Assembly (NCBI GenBank): GCA_036785375.1
Contig: JAWMAR010000486.1
Span: 1,054,001-1,118,000, forward strand
Length of the DNA: 64,000 bases
Direction: 5' to 3'
From: Leucoraja ocellata
Lineage: Eukaryota
Position 1 is the stretch's first letter. Every line of letters begins with the position of its first letter. A program made the translations under genes and the position numbers. This document shows positions 12,671 to 24,253 of this stretch, piece after piece. The notes below the pieces were generated by a model. That model was not told the origin of the DNA. It did no database searches and saw nothing but the letters and a program-made list of their open reading frames with translations.

Positions 12671-14564
12671 AAAGTCTCTTGTGACTCAATTTTACCGCTC
12701 CACTACAAAAATCTCTTGTATCTTGATTATATATCTGACCCAGCTGAAGGCATGACTATAAAAATAATATCTATAAAATAATAAACTCTTTTTGTTTAAG
12801 AAAGCATAATTTCCATGAGAACTCAAACAATTCTCATTAATCAGCCTCTGTGGCATTCCACATTCCTATGCCATGGCTTAATTTCACAAAACCCCAAACT
12901 TACTTGTGGTTTCCAACCCTGACTTGATTACCTCTCTAGCCATTATTCTTGTTTCTTTGCTTTATAGTGGGTTTAGTATGTACTTGAGTAAACTGGAGTC
13001 TTGCCACCAATAGTCTTTTCCCACCACCCAAAGCTCCCATTCAAGAAAAGTACATTGAATGATAATCACTCCGGATTCACCCCATTCGACTTTGCCGTGT
13101 CTTGCAGTTCTATTATTTAGCACCAGAGCCACCACAAATTAATTTCATATTTATGACTTACTGGGTGCACCAGAACCACCATTTAGCAGCCAGGATTTAC
13201 CAGTTCAATAGAAATGTCAAATTTGGATCAGAGCTCTGGAGCAAGTAGCCACCCTTTCTTGGCATGTCTCACTGCTCCAATATCATCTCCACATCTATCA
13301 AGGAGCCCAGTTAACCCGCAACTAAAAGTAACTTTATAGTAAAATGATGTCAAAGCCTAGTTTACAAATCTTAAGTAAATGTGCCAAATACTGCGCTGTA
13401 GAGACCCACAAATTTGAATTTGAAAGTTTTGATTTATATCATTTCTATCTCATTAACTCTTTTCAATTGCTTGTTCTGTGACATAAAATTATTGTATTCT
13501 CATTAAAGGTGAACACGCTAATCAATTCTGCTATTTCCTGCCATTTAAAGTGAGAGAATGAAGAGAAATGATCTTTAAATGATGAAACTTATTGGCACTT
13601 TGAATGTATATTCTTCCATTTTCCCTTTGCAACATTTCCTGTTTCGGATGTGTCCAGAATTTGACTTCACCCTACATCACATTACATTGTTGCATTCACT
13701 AATTTGGAAGTTATCACCTTGTATTCTATGTTTGAGACCAAGGTGGGCATGGTACGATGGAGGGCTGCAACTTGCAGGCAAAATACCTGTAAATAAAGTA
13801 GCTTTAGGGGAAGATAATGTCCTTGGTCGCTTGACTTCAATGAAAGTGAATTTCAGAAATGGGGTACAATGCACACTGTTTATATTGTTAACACGTTCAA
13901 TCACATATGAATTTCTATACCTCAGAGACTTTAAGTTGATGGTTAAATCTCCCATCCATTTTAACTGCTATCTTGCTCACATTGTCTGTTTAATAATTCC
14001 ATCTGCCTGAATCGACAAAATAGCTAGCTTTTTTTGTAGAGGCAGTAACAAATACTGGCCTTTCAACTTTGTGACGGGGGATCAAATTCACAGAGCTAAT
14101 GAAAGGTTCTTTCACACTAGTCCTTTGATTGTGTGAAGTGACGAACTGTGGACACAGTCATTTGGGATGATGTTTAGCCTAGTGGTGAATGGTCTCTTGT
14201 CTTTCCCTGACGCTTGTACTGTGGACTGAACTGTAGCTTTGTCATGGAATCTGATGGGCCAGAATTAAAATGGTCCTGTACAGAGACACATGCCCTTTTA
14301 TTCTTGATCTTGGTAGTGCCTGAATTTTCACGTTTGCATATCTTTCAAACTTGTGTTTACTTTGCTGTTGCCAATTGCTATGTTTTGCCGATTAACATAA
14401 TAATGCCATATGTAAAGCATAAATGGTTTTGGAAGTCACGCATAGTTGCTGAAGCCATCTCGTGTTGATTGATATCAATTCTAATGCCTCAAGAGGGAAG
14501 ACAACTGCTGGTTGTGCACCACAAAGGAAGCTCAGGGCAACCACACCAGCAGAGCATGGGCATG

Positions 14565-14745
14565 GATGGACAATCCTTTCATCGAAGCAGATCTGGAAAT
14601 CTTGGTGAAAAGGTTGGGCATTGGTAGAGAAGTTCCCATTGATACAAAGGATAAGCAAAGAGAAATAAATGGCCATTGGAGATAAATGGCCACAGTAAAG
14701 CCCTTAGAACTTGGTACCAATTCCACAAGATAAAGGCCAGTAGAA
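14565..14745 (+). pseudogene. Degraded Myb/SANT-like ORF remnant (Harbinger ORF1-like)
   Basis: FIEADLEILVKR...HWR*MA, then frameshifted LRTWYQFHKIK; resembles the Myb/SANT-like pattern F(S/T)xxELxxLV...W...RTWxQCRKK. Confidence 0.4.
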
Positions 14746-14899
14746 ACGCAACAAATCCCCTCTGCGGACATGCACGCAACCTCAGTCAAATACCATCACT
14801 CATGCATACATCTCACACCTTCAGCGATCCAGTCACCTTAGGCATATCATATATGCACATTGTAAAATGTTAATGCTCTTTCCTCTCCCATGTAATAAA

Positions 14900-15152
14900 C
14901 GGATGCACGCAAAGAGAGACTGAACCAGCAAACTGGCAAGACTGTGCCTACAGACCGTTATTTGAACAATAGAGGCTGACAAGACTTTGCCTTCCATCAC
15001 AGTGAGGAGGAGTTTCACTGTGATGGATGTTTGTGTAAATTGTGTTGTGTCTTGGTTCTTTTTCTTGTGTGTATGACTGCAGAAACCAAATTTCGTTTGA
15101 ACCTCAATGAGGTTCAAATGACAACAAATAAATTGTATCATTGTATTGTATT
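14900..15152 (+). mobile_element. Non-autonomous Rex1-tail retroposon 3' end
   Basis: Hairpins catcacagtga/tcactgtgatg and tttgaacctca/tgaggttcaaa; (ATTGT)n tail; same family as 50370-50560 (minus). Confidence 0.7.
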
Positions 15153-15159
15153 GATAAGG

Positions 15160-15320
15160 ATCCAAAGAGCTGGAGTAACTCAGCAGGTTAGACAGCATCT
15201 CTGGTGAACATGGATAGGTGACAGGATGGGAGCCTTCTTCAGACTGCATATCACCTATTTGTGTTCTATGGCAATGTTGCCTGACCCGTTAGAGTTACTC
15301 CAGCACTTTATGTCCTTTTG
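15160..15320. mobile_element. Inverted pair of Penelope-associated short repeats
   Basis: gctggagtaactc...aggtgac (minus copy) faces tcacctat...gagttactccagc (plus copy). Confidence 0.7.
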
Positions 15321-16189
15321 TGTATTAACTATTTTATGGAAGATCGACAATGGCTTGGCTGCCACACAGCAGATTACTGAAGGTAATGTTTTGCTCTTAA
15401 CCAATCCTACTCCTTGTGTTTCATCTCCATTTCATTCTGCAAACACATCTGCTTTACGCCATGCAGATGTTCCAAGTGCGTCGCTTTTCCTGTCCCTCTC
15501 CTCACCACAATCACAATGCTGCACTGGGCAATACCAGCCACTCATCCAGGACCAGGCAGCAGGGCTCAGTAGTCAGAACAGTAAGAAGGCAGACACCACA
15601 TCACTGCCTCCGACACTTAGAGTCGCTGGCTGACAGCAAATTGCCAGGCGCTGTAGGAAAGGTTTCAGAGGCAGATTCTACACCTGTTTAATCGCCAACC
15701 ACGTTGACTGCATTGTGGCTGGGGGAGAAGGTAGTTCATGTGCCATCTCACTAAATAGTGTGGCTGCACCCATTCCCCCCACCCCCCCCCGAATTCTCAG
15801 ATCACCCTATCTATCATGCAATCCATAGATTAACATTAATTACAACACACACACAGAAACCTGGCTATAATTTGTCTGCCTGAGAGCTTGTGTTGGAATT
15901 CCAGTGATCAAGCCGCAAGCAGGCTTTGAGTTCGGCCGATGGTCTACCCTGATATGTGGTCATTGCTTCACTAATTGTGAAGCTGCTAATCTCTCTCGGG
16001 ATAACACCATTCGGGTCCCACCACTATTCCAATGGTTCTTTGTAGCTGCCCATTGGGCAGATACGCTCATGGTCATACATCACAGTTACCTTGTTACCTC
16101 CTCCACTCTAAATGAGCAACCATGCACTAGCTTGACCTCACATACAAAGGGTCAATGCAAATGCTTGTGGAAAACTGACTGAAAACTCG

Positions 16190-17555
16190 GTGACCTTATG
16201 GTTTTATTCTCGAATACAAGTATAAATAGCTTTGGTATTTTGAATTGATTGTTTCTAGTTTCTCTAGCTTGTGCAGAGACGGAAAATCAGTAGTAGAGGA
16301 ATCACAACGTGGCGCTATGCATTATAATGTTTGGGCAATGGAGCCAATTGAAAGTTCTGCATCTATTTGTCCTATCTTTCAGGAGGAAGAGTGATGAGGA
16401 ACTGCTTTCCAGACACGTGGCTGAGGGAGCAGGCTTGTACTTTCAGTGACTGGTGCATGTCAAGCACAAGGAAGCTCTTTCTCCAAAGTTACATGCCGCA
16501 TAATCGATAGCAATGCACTTAGAAGTCACGTGCTACACAAGCGAATTTCACGATCACTATCTTTTTACCTTGGTGAACTGCGATTAGCTGTAGTCCAAGG
16601 CCTCTGACAGTGGTTAACAGGTATAAGCTAATGGAAACTGGCAAGTTGATCTGTATGCAATTTATGTGGTTCACTGTTCCATGCACATATGTACTTTAAA
16701 AAAATCCCTGAACTCTTGCCAGCACTTAACAGCAGTTCTCCTCAATGAAGTTCAAAGCCTTCGAAACACATTGCAATGTGAGCACATCTAACTTTTGAGG
16801 GATGTTTTTTTTTAATGTGTTAAGAAAAAGTCAGATACTTGCAATCAGGCACTGAGGCTCTTTTGTTTTTTCTTAAATAATTATATTTTTGTTTTATTTT
16901 CACAGAACTTGGGAGCCTCTTCATTGACAATATATTAGCTGCACGACTCTTTAATATAATAAAGTGAAGCATTTTATTTTAATAATTATTTCTATGCTTT
17001 TTTTTACAATAATTAGGATTAATTTGCACAACACATTCTTTATAAGACAGAACATTTTAACGCCTCAAGCTACAGAAGAAAAGCAGTGCTCCAAAGAGCT
17101 AAGCATATATTTATAATTTAGTAACAAAAAATTAAAGTATTTACAGAATATCTTATGAAGAATTAGAATCTTCCTTGGCCCTACAGAACAATAATACATT
17201 TTCCAAATTTAATAAATAAGAATCAGCATTAATTTTTGCATGTTTTTTTAATGTTAAACACCCTGAGATAGTTGAGTTCTCGCAAAGGAGACAGTTGTGT
17301 TCTGTTAAGATAAAACCGACATGGACAGACCCTCAAATCAGATGTTGCACAGTGCAAAATGCCTGACAAGGTCACAGGTCAGCGATGTGAATGAGGGCCT
17401 CTTCCTTTGCCTTTAATTGCTGACACTAAGATGCTCGTAAATGGACACGTTGCTATGGTGAGGCTTGGGTGCTCCACTTCTTGGGATGGCCTGGGTTCCA
17501 TGGAGGTTTCAAAAGGTAGTGATGAGATTCAAAGGAAAGAGAATTTAGGGGATTC
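16190..17555 (-). other. apln: Probable apln exon 3 (non-coding 3' UTR)
   Basis: Strong acceptor ttttttaccttctctctctttttttccag|G at 17556/17555. The downstream block is free of recognisable repeats and AU-rich, with a UUAUUUAUU nonamer (17219-17211) and AATAAA candidates. Mammalian APLN also has a non-coding third exon. The 3' end is approximate. Confidence 0.65.
16203..16208 (-). terminator. Candidate apln polyadenylation signal (AATAAA)
   Basis: AATAAA preceded by U-rich ctatttatacttgta and followed by GU/U-rich gttttcagtcagtttt. Alternatives lie at 16978-16973 and 16898-16893. Confidence 0.45.
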
Positions 17556-19376
17556 CTGGAAAAAAAGAGAGAGAAGGTAAAAAAATGTTAAACGTGTTGA
17601 AGGATACCAATTTCATTGCAGTGAAAAAAACTACACAAAACTACATGGGGTTATTTCAATTTCCCCTTCAATTTATATATGCTGAATGTGACAACATTTC
17701 CAATTATAATTTGATACACATGGGAAGAGGCCAATTGGCCCATCAGGTTTATGCCAACAGTCAAGAGAATTCCATTCAGTCCTATTTACCCACTTTATTT
17801 TCCTGTAAACCATTCTCTCTCTCAAACCAATCAATATCCACAACTTTTCCTGCCACTCACCTAACCAGAAGTTCCTTACAATAGCTAATTGACTTTCCAT
17901 TATAAACAGACCACTTCATAATAAATAAAACCTTTGAAGATTTTTTCATTTTGTAAGAATGCAGAGATTTTGTTTTCTCAAGATTGATTTTGTTACATTA
18001 AGTAAATGTGTATCTTATATGATAGAGAAAGTCTGTTCATTAAAACAACAGGATAAATGTTAGGATTCTGAATGCACATCTTTGTTTGCTTGGAGCATAT
18101 GTTGGGAATGTGAATGAAGAGGTCAGTAGGCCCCATATGCTTTTCAATTAAGGTGAGCCAAATGGTCTTCATTATCTATTTTTGTTTTGTGACCTTGGGG
18201 TAAATTTTACAAATTGTGTTTTTGGCTTGAATGTTATGAACATAAATGTATAAACTTTGTCCTGAGATTGCAAAGTAGATATGAATAATGAAAGCCATCC
18301 TTTCTTCTAGCCAATACCATCTCATGCACGAAGAGAATAAAACTGCATTTCCCCATTGAAAATTATTTCCGCCTTTTATTTCTGGTTTCCTCATGCTCGG
18401 TTGCATTTTCTATCTGACGAGATGTCCGGCTTCCCATTGTCCCTCGAGGGCTCCTCAGTTTAATTTTCTATCCAGTTACCCTTTCTTTTGCAAATCTTTA
18501 CAGAATCACATGGAATTTAGCAGCATAAAAACCATTCAGTTTGACAAGTGTACATTGACATGTTCACTTGAATTGAACCTTATTCCACTACCGTAGATGT
18601 GTAAAGTACTTTTAAGAAGTGGTTTGTGTTGGTGCACTCGACCATTGCATGTGGTAGCACCAGGAACTTTACTAGTGAGATCGCCTCAAGGCATTTGAGT
18701 TATGACTCCAACTTTCTTGAAAGAATTGAACTGAAATGCTCAGAGTTATAGAAGCTCAGAGTTACCCAAGTCTTCAGATGAAACTTGGGAAGACTCCAGG
18801 TGATGTGTTCCAGCTTCTAACCACTATGACTAAAGATATTGCTCTTTCATAGTTTTTTATGCAAGCTTTCACACAGCTGGCTGTCATGATGCCAAAGCTA
18901 ACCATGCTGCTGCGGCTCCTCTTGCACACCATCCAACTTGTCAAATATCTGGGGCGAGAAATTGTTCTGTGCCTCAAAAGACACGTAAAACTAGCAATGT
19001 GCAATGGGGCAGTGTGATTTATGTCTGGGCACCCAGCCACAATACTTTATTGCGCATATGGCAAACAAACTTGCGAACAATACCAACCTGGCAAATGGCA
19101 TGCACACAAAGCCTTCCCTCTGCCATTGTTGCATTAGTACTAGAATTCAAGGGGGTGAGGGGAAATTATAGTGGAAGGCGATCACAGAGAAACTGCAAGA
19201 ATAGAGTTGAGTATTGGGGGGAGGATCTTCATACTTCACTGGAAGAGGTGATTGAGGTCATAATATGTTGCTGGATTGAATGGTCACAGACACAATCAGC
19301 CAGGATGTGGTGATGAGGGACAGAAGGAGACCTGCAGTGAGGAAAGAAATGCGACTCCAGGAAGGAAATGATGTCA

Positions 19377-19694
19377 ATGAGAGCAATGTTCGAATCTTAA
19401 AGTGGACTTGCCTGCAAGAGTGTTCATATACAAAACTTGATAGCCACAGACCAGGTAAATCAGCCCCTCATTAAAATTACTCAAGCAAGATTTCAAATGC
19501 CTTTTGACGCTCCAATTTATATTTACACATAAAGATTCCCAGATATGTATTGGGGCATTAAGTGGTATTTGAAATTCTCTTGTTCAAAAACATTTCCTTT
19601 AAGTAATTTAATTAGGGGCAATATACATGTGACCATAGAGTTTGGTACATGAACACCAGGCAAGTCCACTTCAAGATTCTAACATCACTCTCAT
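19377..19694. repeat. ~320-bp imperfect palindrome (old foldback/MITE-like element)
   Basis: Arms pair along their length: tgagagcaatgttcgaatcttaaagtggacttgcctg vs caggcaagtccacttcaagattctaacatcactctca; gcccctcattaaaattact vs agtaatttaattaggggc; atttcaaatgcc vs ggtatttgaaat. Confidence 0.8.
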
Positions 19695-20744
19695 AAAAGT
19701 ACTATAACAGAATAGTAATTTCATTTCTGATAGCAGTCTTTCTCAAAGTGTTCCACTATACAAAGGAATATCTTGGGCTTTGCATTGCTTTCAGCCACAT
19801 TGCAGGCTATAAACCATTCCATATACCACCATGCAGCGGCCGTGTAGCTTTACCCAAACAACACTAAGGTATGGAGTTGTGGGTGTAACTACATGGAAAT
19901 GCAACACACCATTCCCCATTGACAGAGTCCCATAAAGCCGCAGAGCATCTTTCTGATTAATATAATATAAATCCTCAGGTCCAATGATAGAGATAGTATC
20001 TTCTACTGTTGGTCCTTAAAAGGTGAAAATAAGGGACAAATGGAAGGTTTAAAGTTTTGATTATAACATCTTTTTGACAATAAAGGTTGAGGCAGATTTT
20101 GATTTGCACCATTTAGGCAGTGGATTTCCCACTCTGCATATAATCTGCCTGATTTTATCCCATTGACCTTAATTGATTAGTTTGAAGAACATTCAACTTG
20201 ACTGCTTAGAAAACCTACCATAATTTGCCTAAAATACCAGCCAAGCAAAAAGCATAGACATTCATTTTAATAGTATGTTCAAGGATAGATACTCCATTAT
20301 CTCCCATGACTGATACTGATCCACATTTGGGTAAGGAATTCCTCATTGTATAATCGTTTTTAACCACTGGCAACATACAAACAGAATAGATATCATGAAA
20401 GTTGTGAGCAATTTCTGATGCAAAAAGAAAGTTAACATGAAAGGGAAAGAGCTGTTAACAGATTAGGATTGATTCACATTAAATAAAATCAGTCTTTGAT
20501 CTGGCAACTCGTGTAGTCAGAATCTTGACTCTCATTCAAACAGCTGATGTTGAAGTCCCAAGCCTGCCTGTGATAATCCTGTCCAGTTCGTCTTACTAAA
20601 TGTAACCAGCTCTCAATCAGCTTGCCAGGTAAGGTGCTGCAGTTATGAATTAAGATTGTCTGACATTTTGGATCGGGCCTTTTACCTGATCAAAGATCGT
20701 CAATTAATTTGAGAATGATTATGTCAACGTTGGACATTGAGGGA

Positions 20745-21118
20745 AGACTTGGTAGAAGTATGTAAAATTATGAGAGGCATAGATAAGGTAGACAGTCAGA
20801 ACTTTTTTCCCAGGGTGGAAAGGTCCAACACTAGAGCATAAGAGGAAGGGGAGAGGAGGAAAGTTTAATGGGGATTTGCGGGACAAGTGTTTTACACACA
20901 CAGAGTAATGGGGGCCTGGAACACATTGCCAGTAGCAATGGTGGAGGCATACGGTAGTGGCGTTTCAGAGGCTTTTAGATAGGCATGTGGAAGTACAAGG
21001 AGTAGAGGGATATGGATCATGTACAGACAGATGAGATCAGTTTATCTTGGCATTATGTAGCCACAAACATTGTAGGCTGAAGGGCCGGTTCCTGTGTTGT
21101 ACTATTCTATGTTCTATG
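20745..21118 (+). mobile_element. CR1-clade LINE 3' fragment
   Basis: ...aaaattatgagaggcatagataaggtagacagtcag...ggctgaagggccggttcctgtg; (TTCTATG)n tail. Confidence 0.85.
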
Positions 21119-22336
21119 TAACAATGGAGGGACAAAAATGACAGACAGAATGATAACTGGTGTATTGCAAAATATCACAAGAGGTGGGCAAAAATGTCAT
21201 TAATCCAATTCTGTTGTTTGGTTTCCTTTAAACAATTCAATTGCTGAAGGACAGAGCCCTAGACCTATTTGTTTATACATTATGCGACATCACACTTCAC
21301 ATTTACTTCAACGACTGTTTTAAAGATGAGAAACTAAATCCAAATTTTATTTGGACGTTGGTGATTAAGTAACCTGGAAAATATTGACAATGTTTATTTT
21401 CAATAGTGGTCTGCAGCTAATATTTGTATGCAGTAGCTTGTATGAAAGTGGAGCTTATCCTACAAAATTATTACGTTATCACACATTATAGCTTGCATTA
21501 TAAACTATTAGGAGCTCACGAAGAACAGAATTGTATCTCCATTGTTAATTAGGTTTACAAGGGTGAAATAACAATGGTCCCAATCTTATATCAGAAGAGA
21601 CTTTCAAGAATCTACCCAAGTTTTATTTGAACCACAGTATTTTATTTGAAAGGGCAATAATATGTGGCAGTTTCCTCTGCCTTCTGCTTCTCAATGTTAA
21701 TTAGTTCAGGGAAGAAAGAATCATACAGGTCCATTCGCTTTAAGATTTGTCAGATGGCCATAATATAATTTTTACGTCCTTTTTTTAAAACAACAGTTGG
21801 AATTAATCTCAGGATTCTATCGAGTAACTATCATCAGACTTTTCATTTAGCATGCCAGCCTATTTATTAATCGTGCCAAATTGGCAGATGGCAGAAGTTG
21901 ATCTTTGATTTGGGCAATTTGTTTTAGTTCTGGAAATGTTGTGATTGCTGGCATTGACATCTTCGTGTTTAATCACTGTCCAAGCCACAAGGGATGGCCA
22001 TCCTTGTGCATTGGTAGCAACTCCAGCTATTAAACAACACTTAGGTCCATGTTCCTAATTGCTAAAAAGGTCTACTTACCTTTCTGACAGCAGCTGCCAA
22101 TTTTTCCCATTCGTTTTAATGGGACTTCTGTACTTGCATGAGGTTTAATCCTGTGCAGGCCCAGTGGGCAGATTTCCCAGCCTGAAAGCAGGTGTCCCAC
22201 AGCAGGCTGGGAAACCTGCCCATTGAGTGGAATGCTGCACTCCAGCCGACACTTTGTAATAACCCAGATACGGATTTATCTGCCAGCAGATCCGGATCAT
22301 TCTCGGCAGATTTGTTGCATTGAATGTGAAAGCAGA

Positions 22337-22585
22337 AACTTTGAACTTTAGAGATACAGCGTGGAAACAGGCCATTCGGCCCACCGAGTCCGTGCTGACC
22401 AACTTGCTGAAGCCAATTAACCTACAAACTGGTACATCTTTGGAGTGTGGGAGGAAACCAGAGCACCAGAGAAAACCCAACCGGTCACATGGTGAACAAA
22501 TACACTCTGTACAGATAGCACCCGTAGTCAGGATCGAACCCGGGTCTCACGCGCTGTAAGGCAGCAACCCTACCGCTGTGCCACC
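22337..22585 (-). mobile_element. HE1-like tRNA-derived SINE
   Basis: A-box tggcacagcggtag, B-box gggttcgatcc, core cctcccacactccaaaga, CR1-like tail. Confidence 0.85.
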
Positions 22586-23942
22586 CATGAGCATTTGAAA
22601 AAGAGAATCCAAATACTATGTGGGCATCAAATGAAATAGCTGTAAGTATGTAGTTATGTAAAAAATGTCTGTCCAAACCATGCACAAAGCTAATATTTTC
22701 AAGCCATTCTTGAATTTGCTGGCTTCTAAAATGCTTAACAGAAATAGCCTGTTGCTTTCAAATTTCATAATAATCAATTTTAATTACAGCATTATGAAAC
22801 TGAAACTGCTCTACAAATAATTTGAGTTTGTTAGATTAGCAATTGAAAATTTTATGTGAAGAGATGACTGTGTTTCAGCAGTGCTTGTTTGGATACAGTA
22901 ACCCATCCACTCGTCTCCGCCACTTTGCCACAAAGTATCCTCCTCTTTCTCGTCATATTTGAGTCATTTAATACTACTTGGTAGTATTAATTATAAAGTA
23001 ATTTATTGCCATATTGTTGAAATATTAGTGACAGTAACTGACATAAGACTTGTGTTTTGACTATGAATTACAAGTACAAAAATAGATCAACTGATACACA
23101 TTAAAGAATTAATATATAATGTAGATACTAAATTGTACCAAAATATGGGATGATTAATGTTTTTTTCTTTAAGATTTCATCAGCATGCAAAAAATGTTTC
23201 TTTCATTTGAACTTAATTCAAGCTTTTTCAATGAGTGTATTTGGGTGTCTGAGTCTGCAATTATGGATTAAATATGCTTTCCAGAGTATATAAGAAGCAG
23301 AAGTAGGAAAATACCTTTTGAGGCCACTATGCCCTTCCACAGGTTTTCAATAGAACCCATGCTGGACATTTAGTTTACCATTCAATTCCGGAGCCCTCTA
23401 TTTCCCTTCATGACCAAACAACCAATCAACAGGGCCTCAGATGTTCTCAGCAGCTAGGCATCCACAGTGCCTCCGTTAAGCATTTCCAACAAGAACCATC
23501 TAAGAAACACAAGGATTTGATCCTAATGCAGGCAAACAAGATTAGCATATATTGGCAAAAATGTTGATATAGTCATAGTGGACAAAGTGACTGTTTCCAT
23601 GCTGTGTAATTCTATGAAATGTTTTCCCATCTTTGTTCCCTTTCCAATATTACTTAATATTCACCATCCTTTCATGAGAATCCCGTCTCCCACTTGGAAT
23701 CTGTTTCACTGGTGCTGGTTACCCTCAACTTTCATCCAAGGGCCCATTCTTCACATGTGAGCACAGAAAATAAGTGTCAGCAGGTCACTTGCCAAGCTTA
23801 AAGTGTGCCCCTGCCTAAATCTGTTCTAGTTCCTGAATAGAAATCAAAAATAAGATTTCTGGTTATGTTCTGTCCCTCTATCTTTACCACAGAAGCAAAA
23901 ATTAATAGATGTTGGCTCATGTCGGGACACTACGGTGACGCA

Positions 23943-24253
23943 GGGCAGCCCGGTGGCGCATCAGTAGAGTTGCTGCCTTACAGCGCCAGAGACCCAGGTT
24001 CAATCCTGACTACGGATGCTACCTGTACGGAGTTTGTACATTCTCCTTGTGACCTGGGTGGGTTTAACCCGGGAGCTCCGAGTTCCTCCCATAGTCCAAA
24101 GACGAACAGGTTTGTAGGTTAATTGGCTTTGGTAAAGATTGTAAATTGTCCCTCATGTGTGTAGGATAGCGTTAATGTGTGGAGGACTGCTGGTCGGCAC
24201 GGACTCAATGCGGCAACGGGCCTGCTTCCATGCTGTATCTCTAAAACTAAAAC
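23943..24253 (+). mobile_element. HE1-like tRNA-derived SINE
   Basis: A/B boxes, core, tail ctgtatctctaaaactaaaac. Confidence 0.9.

Noticed and set aside
1-16000. Exons of expected neighbours (OCRL; XPNPEP2 at the other end)
   Set aside because: I recognised no such exons by eye here or in 43000-64000; short exons could have been missed.
23943-24020. tRNA genes at SINE heads
   Set aside because: A/B boxes run into the SINE core and LINE-like tail, with no complete cloverleaf.
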